A DNA stretch of 64,000 nucleotides from a phage, in sequence record PV467748.1, one strand, 5' to 3'. Positions 1 to 11,674 of the stretch are shown one piece after another (the first letter of the stretch is position 1; the number at the start of each line of letters is the position of its first letter). The notes below the pieces were generated by a model. That model had not been told where the DNA came from and did no database searches. It was given only the letters and a program-made list of their open reading frames with translations. The position numbers and the translations under genes were made by a program.

Positions 1-1918
<1,918 letters not shown>

Positions 1919-1947
1919 ACAATAAAGCATAACCAAGAGGATTCAAA

Positions 1948-3930
1948 ATGTCTTTATTATCACCGGGCATTGAGCTCAAAGAAACGTCCGTACAGAGTAC
2001 TGTCGTTCGTAACGCAACGGGTCGTGCAGCGCTGGTTGGTAAATTCCAGTGGGGCCCTGCTTTCCAGGTAACTCAAATTACTAACGAAGTTGAACTGGTG
2101 GATTTGTTTGGAGGTCCTAACAACGAAGTGGCAGATTATTTTATGTCTGGTATGAACTTCCTCCAATATGGTAACGACCTTCGTACTGTTCGTGTTGTTA
2201 ACCGTGAATTCGCTAAAAACGCATCTCCTGTTGCAGGCAATATCGAAACCACTATTACTACGGCTGGTTCTAACTATGCAGTAGGCGATAAAATTAATAT
2301 CAAGCACAACCAAACTGTTGTTGAATCTGAAGGTCGTGTGACTTCTGTAGATACGGATGGTAAAATTCTTTCCGTGTTTATCCCATCAGCAAAAATTATT
2401 GCTTATGCACGTTCTTTAAACCAGTATCCTACCCTGGGCCCGGCTTGGACGGCTGAAGTTACTTCCGCTTCTTCTGGTGTTTCCGGTACTATTACCGTAG
2501 GTAAAATTGTTACGGATTCAGGTATTCTTTTAACTGAAGCAGAGAACAGTGAAGAAGCTATTACTTCCCTGGAATTCCAAGCATCTCTTAAGAAATTTGC
2601 TATGCCAGGCGTAGTTGCTCTTTATCCAGGCGAAATTGGTTCCACCTTAGAAGTAGAAATCGTTTCCAAAGCCGCTTATGATGTTGGTTCTTCTAAAATG
2701 CTGGATATTTATCCGGGCGGTGGTTCTCGTGCTTCTATTGCCAAGGCGGTATTTAATTACGGGCCACAAACAGATGACCAATACGCGATTATTGTTCGTC
2801 GTGATGGCGCTATCGTAGAATCTGTCGTACTTTCTACCAAAGAAGGTGAAAAAGACGTTTACGGTAATAACATTTATCTTGACGACTATTTCGCTAAAGG
2901 TACTTCTAACTATATTTTTGCTACCTCTTTGAACTGGCCTAAAGGCTTCAGCGGTATCATTAATCTGATGGGTGGTGTATCTGCTAACGATCAGGTTACT
3001 GCGAGTGATTTGATGCAGGGTTGGGATTTGTTCGCCGACCGTGAAGCCCTCCATATTAACCTTTTGATTGCCGGGGCCGTTGCCGGTGAAGGTGATGAAG
3101 TTGCTTCTACCGTCCAGAAACACGTTGTTAGTATTGCTGATGAACGTCAGGATTGCTTGGCATTTATTTCTCCTCCTAAAGGACTGTTGGTTAACGTTCC
3201 ATTGACTCGTGCAGTAGATAATCTTATCGACTGGCGTACCGGTGCAGGTACTTTCGATACCAACAACATGAACATTAGCACCACTTATGCTGCTATTGAC
3301 GGTAACTATAAATATCAGTATGACAAATATAATGACGTAAACCGTTGGGTGCCTCTGGCAGCTGATATGGCTGGTTTGTGTGCGCGTACAGATGATGTTT
3401 CTCAGCCTTGGATGTCTCCGGCCGGTTATAACCGTGGTCAGATTCTTAACGTTTTGAAATTGGCAATTGAACCCCGTCAAGCTCAACGCGACCGCATGTA
3501 CCAAGAAGCTATTAACCCGGTTGTTGGTTTTGCTGGTGGCGATGGTTTCGTATTGTTTGGTGATAAGACTGCAACTAAAGTTCCATCTCCGATGGACCAT
3601 ATTAACGTTCGCCGTCTGTTCAATATGCTTAAGAAAAATATCGGTGATGCCTCTAAATATAAACTGTTTGAATTGAACGATAACTTCACTCGTTCAAGCT
3701 TCCGTATGGAAGTTTCTCAGTACTTAGATGGTATTAAGGCACTTGGTGGGATTTATGAAGGACGTGTGGTTTGTGATACTACAGTGAACACCCCTGCGGT
3801 TATAGACCGTAATGAGTTTATTGCTAATATCTACGTTAAACCTTCTCGTTCCATTAACTACATCACGTTGAACTTCGTTGCAACGAGCACTGGTGCTGAT
3901 TTTGATGAATTGATTGGACCTTTAGTATAA
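1948..3930 (+). CDS. 18: contractile tail sheath protein
   Basis: 660 aa; N-terminus and length match T4 gp18; synteny. Confidence 0.95.
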   Translation: MSLLSPGIELKETSVQSTVVRNATGRAALVGKFQWGPAFQVTQITNEVELVDLFGGPNNEVADYFMSGMNFLQYGNDLRTVRVVNREFAKNASPVAGNIETTITTAGSNYAVGDKINIKHNQTVVESEGRVTSVDTDGKILSVFIPSAKIIAYARSLNQYPTLGPAWTAEVTSASSGVSGTITVGKIVTDSGILLTEAENSEEAITSLEFQASLKKFAMPGVVALYPGEIGSTLEVEIVSKAAYDVGSSKMLDIYPGGGSRASIAKAVFNYGPQTDDQYAIIVRRDGAIVESVVLSTKEGEKDVYGNNIYLDDYFAKGTSNYIFATSLNWPKGFSGIINLMGGVSANDQVTASDLMQGWDLFADREALHINLLIAGAVAGEGDEVASTVQKHVVSIADERQDCLAFISPPKGLLVNVPLTRAVDNLIDWRTGAGTFDTNNMNISTTYAAIDGNYKYQYDKYNDVNRWVPLAADMAGLCARTDDVSQPWMSPAGYNRGQILNVLKLAIEPRQAQRDRMYQEAINPVVGFAGGDGFVLFGDKTATKVPSPMDHINVRRLFNMLKKNIGDASKYKLFELNDNFTRSSFRMEVSQYLDGIKALGGIYEGRVVCDTTVNTPAVIDRNEFIANIYVKPSRSINYITLNFVATSTGADFDELIGPLV

Positions 3931-4055
3931 TCTATTATCCCAGGCTGTAATATAAAGAACCTAAAACCATTATACCATGAGTTTGGTTACAGCGTACATC
4001 ACGTAGAATTGCGCCTGGGATTGATTAACTATCAGGAATATGATTTATCAACTGT

Positions 4056-4063
4056 TATAAATA
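4056..4063 (+). promoter_or_regulatory. late promoter TATAAATA upstream of gene 19
   Basis: Exact TATAAATA. Confidence 0.55.
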
Positions 4064-4115
4064 AATTAATCAGAATGTTCCTGGTGGGTCCAGGAACTGA
4101 CTTATGAGGCATCCC

Positions 4116-4607
4116 ATGGAACTTACCGATATCACTAGGGCTTTTGAATCAGGTGACTTTGCACGCCCTAACCTTTTCGAAGTGGAAATTCCATTTCTTG
4201 GTAAAAACTTTAGCTTTAAATGTAAAGCAGCACCTATGCCGGCAGGCATTGTAGAAAAAGTACCGGTTGGCTACATGAACCGTAAAATTAACGTAGCTGG
4301 TGACCGTACGTTTGATGATTGGACAATTACCATTTATAACGATGATGCACATGACACTCGTCAAGCCATTGTTGATTGGCAGAATCTCTGTCATGGTATG
4401 ACCAATGAAATTACCGGTGCAGCACCTGCAGAATATAAGAAACAAGCAGTAGTTCGCCAGTTCCATCGTGACGGCAAGACTGTGACCAAAGAAGTTACAA
4501 TTTACGGCTTATGGCCTACTAACGTTGGTGAAGTCCAGATGGATTGGGATTCGAACAACGAAGTTGAAACGTTTGAAAGTACGTTCGCTATCGATTGGTG
4601 GGAATGA
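4116..4607 (+). CDS. 19: tail tube protein
   Basis: Start moved to internal Met (MELTDITRAFESGDFARPNLF) giving 163 aa as in T4 gp19; high similarity. Confidence 0.9.
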   Translation: MELTDITRAFESGDFARPNLFEVEIPFLGKNFSFKCKAAPMPAGIVEKVPVGYMNRKINVAGDRTFDDWTITIYNDDAHDTRQAIVDWQNLCHGMTNEITGAAPAEYKKQAVVRQFHRDGKTVTKEVTIYGLWPTNVGEVQMDWDSNNEVETFESTFAIDWWE

Positions 4608-4608
4608 G

Positions 4609-4616
4609 TATAAATA
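4609..4616 (+). promoter_or_regulatory. late promoter TATAAATA upstream of gene 20
   Basis: Exact TATAAATA, followed by a GGAGCTTCGGCTCC tetraloop hairpin at 4629-4642. Confidence 0.55.
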
Positions 4617-4664
4617 GAATTATCAAGGAGCTTCGGCTCCTTATCCCATTCATCGGAGACTCTA

Positions 4665-6239
4665 ATGGCAAACTTTAATACAATATTAAGTTTTCTTAAG
4701 CCATGGGCTAATGAAGACGAAAAAGAATATAAACAACAAATTAATAACAATTTAGAGTCTGTCACCGCACCTAAGCTTGATGATGGCGCTCGCGAAATTG
4801 AGACACAAGAGCAAAATATTCCTTATAATGCTCTTATGCAACAGATGTTTGGTAGTAATGAGCCTGAAGTTAAAAATACCAGGGAACTTATTGATACCTA
4901 CCGTAATTTAATGAACAACTATGAAGTCGACAACGCCGTACAGGAAATTGTGTCTGACGCTATTGTCTATGAGGATGATAAAGAAGTAGTTGCATTGAAT
5001 TTAGACGGGACAGAATTTAGTCAAGCAATTAAAGATAAAATCTTGGCCGAATTCAGTGAAGTTTTAAACCTTTTAAATTTCCAACGTAAAGGCACTGACC
5101 ATTTCCAACGCTGGTATGTAGACTCAAGAATTTTCTTTCATAAAATTATAAACCCTAAAAAAATGAAAGATGGCGTACAAGAGCTTCGTCGCTTAGACCC
5201 ACGCCAAGTCCAATATATTCGAGAAATCGTTACACGTATGGAAGATGGTGTTAAAGTTGTAGACGGATATCGCGAGTTTTTCGTTTATGATACAGGCCAT
5301 GAAAGTTATTGCGCTGATGGACGCATTTATTCGGCCGGGACTAAAGTTAAAATTCCTCGTGCTGCAGTGGTTTATGCACATTCTGGATTATTAGATTGTT
5401 GTGGTAAAAACATCATTGGCTATTTGCAACGTGCTATTAAGCCTGCAAACCAGCTTAAATTGATGGAAGACGCAATGGTCATTTACCGTATTACCCGTGC
5501 TCCCGACCGTCGTGTGTTTTATATCGATACTGGTAATATGCCTTCACGTAAGGCGGCAGCACAAATGCAACATATCATGAACACGATGAAAAACCGTGTT
5601 GTGTATGATGCTTCGACAGGTAAAATTAAAAACCAACAACACAATATGTCCATGACTGAAGACTATTGGTTGCAACGTCGTGATGGTAAAGCGGTAACAG
5701 AAGTTGATACAATGCCAGGTGCTACTGGTATGAGTGATATGGATGACGTTCTTTATTTCCGCACAGCACTTTACCGTGCGTTGCGTGTTCCTGAATCACG
5801 TATCCCTAGCGAGTCTAATTCTGGCGTTATGTTTGATGCTGGTACAGCAATCACTCGTGACGAATTAAAATTCTCTAAATGGATTCGTCAACTACAAAAC
5901 AAATTTGAAGAAATTTTCCTAGACCCGTTAAAAACAAACCTCATTCTTAAAAAGATTATTACAGAAGATGAGTGGGAAAAGGAAATAAATAATATTAAAG
6001 TTACGTTTAACCGTGATAGCTATTTCAGTGAAATGAAAGATGCTGAAATCATGGAACGCAGAATCAATATGCTAACGATGGCTGAACCATTTATTGGTAA
6101 GTATATTTCACATCAAACGGCTATGAAAGATTTCCTCCAAATGACCGACGAAGAAATTAATCAAGAAGCTAAGCAAATTGAAGAAGAGTCTAAAGAGGCT
6201 CGTTTCCAAAACCCAGATGAAGAAGAAGAGGATTTCTAA
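4665..6239 (+). CDS. 20: portal vertex protein
   Basis: 524 aa, same length as T4 gp20; synteny. Confidence 0.95.
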   Translation: MANFNTILSFLKPWANEDEKEYKQQINNNLESVTAPKLDDGAREIETQEQNIPYNALMQQMFGSNEPEVKNTRELIDTYRNLMNNYEVDNAVQEIVSDAIVYEDDKEVVALNLDGTEFSQAIKDKILAEFSEVLNLLNFQRKGTDHFQRWYVDSRIFFHKIINPKKMKDGVQELRRLDPRQVQYIREIVTRMEDGVKVVDGYREFFVYDTGHESYCADGRIYSAGTKVKIPRAAVVYAHSGLLDCCGKNIIGYLQRAIKPANQLKLMEDAMVIYRITRAPDRRVFYIDTGNMPSRKAAAQMQHIMNTMKNRVVYDASTGKIKNQQHNMSMTEDYWLQRRDGKAVTEVDTMPGATGMSDMDDVLYFRTALYRALRVPESRIPSESNSGVMFDAGTAITRDELKFSKWIRQLQNKFEEIFLDPLKTNLILKKIITEDEWEKEINNIKVTFNRDSYFSEMKDAEIMERRINMLTMAEPFIGKYISHQTAMKDFLQMTDEEINQEAKQIEEESKEARFQNPDEEEEDF

Positions 6240-6484
6240 TGGAAGATTTAATCGAAGCTATTAAATCAAACGACCTCGTAGCAGTTCGTAAAGCAGCAGC
6301 CCCGCTTATCGAATCTCGAGTAACCGCTTTGATTGAAGCCCGTAAAGCAGAAATTGCTCGCTCCGTTATGATTGAAGGCGAAGAAGCTGACGAAGATGAC
6401 GAAGACGACGAAAAATCCGATAAAGCAGATAAGAAAGACAAAAAAGAATCTGACGATGCGGATGACGACGAGGACGACGAATAA
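6239..6484 (+). CDS. 67: prohead core protein
   Basis: 81 aa, acidic C-terminus; position between 20 and 68. Confidence 0.8.
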   Translation: MEDLIEAIKSNDLVAVRKAAAPLIESRVTALIEARKAEIARSVMIEGEEADEDDEDDEKSDKADKKDKKESDDADDDEDDE

Positions 6485-6912
6485 TGTTCCTTATCCCTGA
6501 TGATTACGAATTAACTCTAGAAAGTGTAGAGGCCAAAATTCCAGAAGCACAGGGACGTTTTGCTGCTCTTTCTGAAGCGCTCGAGAAAAGCGATATAAAT
6601 AATCTTGTAGAGAACATGATTGCTGAAGGCGATATCGAATGTGCTATCGCTCTTGGTTCTTTAAATGAATCAATGCCTCTTAACGAATTTATCGTTAAAC
6701 ACGTTTCCTCTAAAGGTGAGCTTACTCGTACTAAAGATATTAAAACCCGTCAACGTAACGCATTCCAAACGACCGGTTTATCTAAAGCAAAGCGCCGTCA
6801 GATTGCTCGCAAAGCATCTAAAACCAAACGTGCTAATCCATCTACTCAAGTGCGTGCTGAACGTAAGCGTAAGAAAGCCCGTTCTAAACGTAAAGCTTTT
6901 GGACTTAACTAA
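6484..6912 (+). CDS. 68: prohead core protein
   Basis: 142 aa, basic C-terminus; synteny. Confidence 0.8.
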   Translation: MFLIPDDYELTLESVEAKIPEAQGRFAALSEALEKSDINNLVENMIAEGDIECAIALGSLNESMPLNEFIVKHVSSKGELTRTKDIKTRQRNAFQTTGLSKAKRRQIARKASKTKRANPSTQVRAERKRKKARSKRKAFGLN

Positions 6913-7547
6913 TGAAACCTGAATTGCTCATCGAACATTGGGGACAACCAGGTGAAATTATCGATGGGGTTCCTATGTTGGAATCTCATGATGGAAAAAA
7001 TTCTGGGCTTGCTCCCGGCCTTTATATAGAAGGCATTTTCATGCAAGCAGAGGTAGTTAACCGTAATAAACGCCTTTACCCAAAACCTATTTTGGAAAAA
7101 GCCGTTGCCGATTATATGGCTGAACAGGTTGCTACTAAACAAGCTTTAGGAGAATTAAACCATCCACCTCGTGCTAACGTTGACCCTATGCAAGCTGCTA
7201 TCATTATTGAAGATATGTGGTGGAAAGGTAATGATGTTTATGGACGTGCACGTATCATCGAAGGTGACCATGGCCCGGGTGATAAACTAGCCGCAAATAT
7301 TCGAGCGGGTTGGGTTCCTGGTGTTAGTTCTCGTGGTCTTGGTTCTTTAACCGAAACCAATAAAGGATATAAGCGTGTAAACGAAGGTTATAAATTAACC
7401 GTCGGCGTTGATGCAGTATGGGGACCATCTGCTCCTGATGCTTATGTAACTCCGAAGCAAATTACAGAATCACAAACGGTAGAAACCGATACCAGTGCCG
7501 ATGACGCCTTTATGGCTCTCGCAGAGGCCATGAAAAAAGCGTTATAA
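6912..7547 (+). CDS. 21: prohead core protease
   Basis: 211 aa; synteny and similarity to T4 gp21. Confidence 0.9.
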   Translation: MKPELLIEHWGQPGEIIDGVPMLESHDGKNSGLAPGLYIEGIFMQAEVVNRNKRLYPKPILEKAVADYMAEQVATKQALGELNHPPRANVDPMQAAIIIEDMWWKGNDVYGRARIIEGDHGPGDKLAANIRAGWVPGVSSRGLGSLTETNKGYKRVNEGYKLTVGVDAVWGPSAPDAYVTPKQITESQTVETDTSADDAFMALAEAMKKAL

Positions 7548-7550
7548 ATA
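7543..7550 (+). promoter_or_regulatory. late promoter TATAAATA upstream of gene 22
   Basis: Exact TATAAATA. Confidence 0.55.
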
Positions 7551-7577
7551 TTATTATCTAAACAACAGGACTACAAA

Positions 7578-8393
7578 ATGCTTAAAGAACAACTAATCGC
7601 CGAAGCACAGAATATTGATGCTTCCGTTGCTCTTGACAGTATTTTCGAATCAGTTAATATTTCTCCGGAAGCAAAAGAAACTTTCGGCACTGTATTCGAA
7701 GCTACCGTCAAGCAACACGCCGTGAAACTGGCTGAATCTCACATCGCTGAAATCGCTGAAAAAGCGGAAGAAGAAGTCGAGAAAAATAAAGAAGAAGCTG
7801 AAGAAAAAGCCGATAAGAAAATCCAAGAAGCTGCCGGTCGTTTCCTTGACCACGTTGCTAAAGAATGGATGGCTGAAAACCAGCTGGCTGTTGATAAAGG
7901 TATTAAAGCCGAACTGTTCGAATCCATGTTGATGGGTATGAAAGAACTGTTTGTTGAACACAATGTGGTTGTTCCAGAAGAAGCAGTAGATGTTGTTGCT
8001 GAAATGGAAGAAGAGCTCCAAGAGCAGAAAGATGAAACCGCTCGTCTGTTCGAAGAAGTTGGTAAGCGCGATGCGTATATTAATTACGTACAGCGTGAAG
8101 TTGCTGTTACGGAAGCAACTAAAGACCTGACTGAATCTCAAAAAGAAAAAGTTAGTTCTCTGGTAGAAGGCATGGATTATTCCGATGCATTCGGTAAAAA
8201 AATTGGCGCTATTGTTGAAATGGTTAAAGGTCAGTCTGACGTTGAAAACCCAATCACTGAAGCCGCTATAAATAAAAATGTAGACGATGCTGCGGCACTG
8301 AATTACATTTCAGAAGCAGTTGAAGAAAAAGGCTCTAAGCCTACCCTGTCCTTCGCGGACCTGTCTGCAATCGCAGCATCACGAATTTCTTAA
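7578..8393 (+). CDS. 22: prohead core scaffold protein
   Basis: 271 aa, highly acidic coiled-coil-like; synteny. Confidence 0.9.
   Translation: MLKEQLIAEAQNIDASVALDSIFESVNISPEAKETFGTVFEATVKQHAVKLAESHIAEIAEKAEEEVEKNKEEAEEKADKKIQEAAGRFLDHVAKEWMAENQLAVDKGIKAELFESMLMGMKELFVEHNVVVPEEAVDVVAEMEEELQEQKDETARLFEEVGKRDAYINYVQREVAVTEATKDLTESQKEKVSSLVEGMDYSDAFGKKIGAIVEMVKGQSDVENPITEAAINKNVDDAAALNYISEAVEEKGSKPTLSFADLSAIAASRIS
8267..8274 (+). promoter_or_regulatory. late promoter TATAAATA inside the 3' end of gene 22, likely serving gene 23
   Basis: Exact TATAAATA about 140 nt upstream of the gene 23 ATG. Confidence 0.45.
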
Positions 8394-8414
8394 TTTAATA
8401 AGGTTATACAACAC

Positions 8415-9974
8415 ATGAAAAAGAATGCATTAGTTCAAAAATGGTCCGCTCTGCTGGAAAACGAAGCCCTTCCTGAAATCGTGGGTGCTTCTAAACAAGC
8501 TATCATCGCTAAAATTTTCGAAAACCAGGAACAAGACATCCTGACTGCTCCGGAATACCGTGATGAAAAAATCTCTGAAGCATTTGGTTCTTTCCTGACC
8601 GAAGCTGAAATTGGTGGTGACCACGGTTATGATGCTACCAATATCGCAGCTGGCCAGACTTCTGGTGCTGTAACTCAGATTGGGCCGGCAGTAATGGGTA
8701 TGGTTCGTCGTGCTATTCCTCATCTGATTGCTTTTGATATTTGTGGTGTTCAGCCTCTGAATAACCCTACCGGCCAGGTATTTGCCCTTCGTGCAGTTTA
8801 TGGTAAAGACCCTATCGCTGCTGGCGCTAAAGAAGCTTTCCATCCGATGTATTCTCCGGACGCTATGTTCTCTGGTCAGGGCGCTGCTCAGACTTTTGAA
8901 GCACTGGCTGCAAGCAAAGTTCTGGAAGTTGGTAAAATTTATTCTCACTTCTTCGAAGCTACCGGTGCTGCACACTTCCAGGCTGTTGAAGCTGTAACCG
9001 TTGATGCTGCTGCTACCGATGCCGCTAAACTGGATGCTGCTGTTACCGCTTTGATTGAAGCTGGTAAGTTGGCTGAATTGGCTGAAGGTATGGCTACTTC
9101 TATCGCTGAACTTCAGGAAGGCTTTAACGGTTCTACTGATAACCCGTGGAACGAAATGGGCTTCCGTATCGATAAACAAGTTATCGAAGCTAAATCTCGT
9201 CAGCTGAAAGCAAGCTACTCTATCGAACTGGCACAGGACCTTCGTGCAGTACACGGTATGGATGCAGATGCTGAACTGTCCGGTATCCTTGCTACCGAAA
9301 TTATGCTCGAAATCAACCGTGAAGTTATCGATTGGATTAACTACTCTGCACAGGTTGGTAAATCTGGTATGACCAACACCGTTGGCGCTAAAGCTGGTGT
9401 GTTTGACTTCCAGGACCCGATTGATATCCGTGGTGCTCGTTGGGCCGGTGAGAGCTTTAAAGCCCTTCTGTTCCAGATTGATAAAGAAGCAGCCGAAATC
9501 GCTCGTCAGACCGGTCGTGGTGCTGGTAACTTCATCATCGCTTCCCGTAACGTAGTTAACGTACTGGCTGCAGTTGATACTTCTGTAAGTTATGCAGCTC
9601 AAGGTCTGGGTCAGGGTTTCAACGTTGACACAACCAAAGCAGTATTTGCCGGTGTTCTTGGTGGTAAATATCGTGTTTACATCGACCAGTATGCTCGTTC
9701 CGATTACTTCACCATCGGTTATAAAGGTTCCAACGAAATGGACGCAGGTATCTACTATGCTCCGTACGTTGCACTGACTCCGCTGCGTGGTTCCGATCCG
9801 AAGAACTTCCAACCGGTAATGGGCTTCAAAACTCGTTACGGTATCGGTATTAACCCGTTCGCTGACCCAGCTGCTCAGGCGCCTACCAAACGTATTCAGA
9901 ATGGTATGCCTGACATCGTTAACAGCCTCGGTCTGAATGGTTACTTCCGTCGCGTATATGTTAAAGGTATCTAA
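8415..9974 (+). CDS. 23: major capsid protein
   Basis: 519 aa; strong similarity to T4 gp23. Confidence 0.97.
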   Translation: MKKNALVQKWSALLENEALPEIVGASKQAIIAKIFENQEQDILTAPEYRDEKISEAFGSFLTEAEIGGDHGYDATNIAAGQTSGAVTQIGPAVMGMVRRAIPHLIAFDICGVQPLNNPTGQVFALRAVYGKDPIAAGAKEAFHPMYSPDAMFSGQGAAQTFEALAASKVLEVGKIYSHFFEATGAAHFQAVEAVTVDAAATDAAKLDAAVTALIEAGKLAELAEGMATSIAELQEGFNGSTDNPWNEMGFRIDKQVIEAKSRQLKASYSIELAQDLRAVHGMDADAELSGILATEIMLEINREVIDWINYSAQVGKSGMTNTVGAKAGVFDFQDPIDIRGARWAGESFKALLFQIDKEAAEIARQTGRGAGNFIIASRNVVNVLAAVDTSVSYAAQGLGQGFNVDTTKAVFAGVLGGKYRVYIDQYARSDYFTIGYKGSNEMDAGIYYAPYVALTPLRGSDPKNFQPVMGFKTRYGIGINPFADPAAQAPTKRIQNGMPDIVNSLGLNGYFRRVYVKGI

Positions 9975-9989
9975 TATAAACCTTATTAT

Positions 9990-10007
9990 GGGAGACTTCG
10001 GTCTCCC
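9990..10007 (+). terminator. intrinsic terminator after gene 23
   Basis: GGGAGAC-TTCG-GTCTCCC hairpin followed by a T-rich tract. Confidence 0.7.
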
Positions 10008-10022
10008 ATTCTTGTTTCTATA

Positions 10023-10289
10023 CTATGCAATCTTAACACGATGGTTGATGATATCACGGAAGTCAATACGATTTTCTTGGATTTTCAGCCAGTTACCAGA
10101 TTTGTCTTTGGTATGGGTAGAGTATTCACCGTTCCACCAGAAGTCGGTAGCATAAGCCATGGCTTCGTATTTCTTAACTAGTGCATTCACTGCATTACCG
10201 TTAGGATTGGAACCATATTTTTCTACCAGGGCTTTGATGTCTTTATCAAGAGCGGAAAGAGTAGTACGAATAAAGTTTAACTTGTTCAT
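10023..10289 (-). CDS. hypothetical early protein in the 23/24 intergenic slot
   Basis: ORF with GAGGAG SD before the internal Met (MNKLNFIRTT...); own early-type promoter upstream; no recognisable domain. Confidence 0.5.
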   Translation of the reverse strand: MNKLNFIRTTLSALDKDIKALVEKYGSNPNGNAVNALVKKYEAMAYATDFWWNGEYSTHTKDKSGNWLKIQENRIDFRDIINHRVKIA

Positions 10290-10318
10290 TTTTAATCTCC
10301 TCATGTTTTGATAGGTCT

Positions 10319-10348
10319 ATAGTAACATGTGATAACCTTGCTGTAAAC
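10319..10348 (-). promoter_or_regulatory. early sigma70-type promoter (GTTTAC, spacer, TACTAT)
   Basis: Reverse complement reads GTTTAC...TACTATAGACCTATC; member of a repeated promoter/leader family. Confidence 0.5.
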
Positions 10349-10354
10349 AACTTT

Positions 10355-10362
10355 TATAAATA
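10355..10362 (+). promoter_or_regulatory. late promoter TATAAATA upstream of gene 24
   Basis: Exact TATAAATA. Confidence 0.55.
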
Positions 10363-10390
10363 AACATATACCCTCAATAAGGAAAGCGCA

Positions 10391-11674
10391 ATGGCAAAGA
10401 TTAACGAATTACTGCGCGAGTCAACAACTACTTCTAGCAACTCATTGGGTCGCCCTAATCTTGTTGCTTTGACCCGTGCTACAACCAAATTGATTTACCG
10501 TGATATTATTGCTGAACAACGTACTAGCCAGCCTATTGCTGCATTGTATGGTGTCAAATATCTTACTCCTGATAATGAATTTAGCTTCCAAACTGGTGCC
10601 GTTTATGGTGGTGAAGTTGGTTCTAAAGACCGTGAAACTATCCCGGAACTCACAGATAAGGCCCAGGCTATTGCCAAGGGTGAATATTTCAAGTATCAGA
10701 ACATAGTTTATAAGGCTCTTCAAGCAAGCCCACTCGCATCCACTAGCGCTACAGGATTGGCTGATGCTCTTCAAGAAGGTTTAGTGTCATTAACATGTCG
10801 TCTGGTTCCGGACGCTGCTCATACCACTAAATTCGAAGCGAGTGATGTAGAAATCTCTGATGCTGTATTCCAGGTAAATAAATGGAATGCTCCTGTTAAG
10901 ACTCGTAAATTGAAGACTGCTTTGACAGTAGAATTGGCACAGGATATGGAATCAAATGGATTCGACGCCCCTGCATTCTTAGAAGACCTCCTGGCTACAG
11001 TAATGGCAGATGAAATTAATAAAGACGTTCTGCAATCCTTGATTACGGTATCTAAACGTTATAAAGTTACCGGTGTATCTGATAACGGCATCATAGATTT
11101 GACTTATGATAGTGCTCCGGAATCTGCACGTAAACTTTATGAAATTGTTTGTGAGATGAATTCTGAAATCCAGAAAACTACTTCTTATTCTGGTACGTTT
11201 GTTGTGGCTTCAAGTCGTGTGGCTGCAATGCTTGCAGGTTCTGGCTGGTTAAAACATAAACCTGAAGATAATAATTGGCTCCCAGAAACCGCCTATGGGT
11301 ATTTGTTGAATGGATTACCTCTGTTCTGTGACGTTAACAGCCCGTTGGATTATGTTATCGTCGGTGTTAAAGAGAACTATGGTGGTAATGAAGTTGTCGG
11401 TTCTATTTTCTATGCCCCGTATACAGAAGGCCTGGATTTAGACGACCAAGAACACGTTGGCGCTTATAAGGTTATTGTCGACCCGGATTCATTACAGCCT
11501 TCTATTTCTCTGATGGTTCGTTATGCACTGTCCGCTAATCCATACACCGTAGCTAAAGACGATAAAGAAGCTCGTGTTATAGATGCAACTAATATGGATT
11601 TAATGGCGGGCCAGAGTAATATGTCTTATCTGCTTGGTGTTAAACTTCCAGCAATTATTTACGAGGCTGATTAA
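10391..11674 (+). CDS. 24: capsid vertex protein gp24 (ortholog copy)
   Basis: 427 aa; very close to T4 gp24. Confidence 0.95.
   Translation: MAKINELLRESTTTSSNSLGRPNLVALTRATTKLIYRDIIAEQRTSQPIAALYGVKYLTPDNEFSFQTGAVYGGEVGSKDRETIPELTDKAQAIAKGEYFKYQNIVYKALQASPLASTSATGLADALQEGLVSLTCRLVPDAAHTTKFEASDVEISDAVFQVNKWNAPVKTRKLKTALTVELAQDMESNGFDAPAFLEDLLATVMADEINKDVLQSLITVSKRYKVTGVSDNGIIDLTYDSAPESARKLYEIVCEMNSEIQKTTSYSGTFVVASSRVAAMLAGSGWLKHKPEDNNWLPETAYGYLLNGLPLFCDVNSPLDYVIVGVKENYGGNEVVGSIFYAPYTEGLDLDDQEHVGAYKVIVDPDSLQPSISLMVRYALSANPYTVAKDDKEARVIDATNMDLMAGQSNMSYLLGVKLPAIIYEAD

Noticed and set aside
2647-3600. 317-aa ORF antisense to gene 18
   Set aside because: Embedded antisense in the tail sheath gene; no SD or promoter, and the sense-strand product is unambiguous
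8430-9812. 460-aa ORF antisense to gene 23
   Set aside because: Lies entirely within the major capsid gene on the opposite strand, with low-complexity composition and no initiation signals; a typical artefact of strong codon bias in a highly expressed gene
9975-10390. seg-type GIY-YIG homing endonuclease between genes 23 and 24
   Set aside because: The only ORF there is 88 aa with no GIY-YIG or HNH motif; too short for a seg endonuclease
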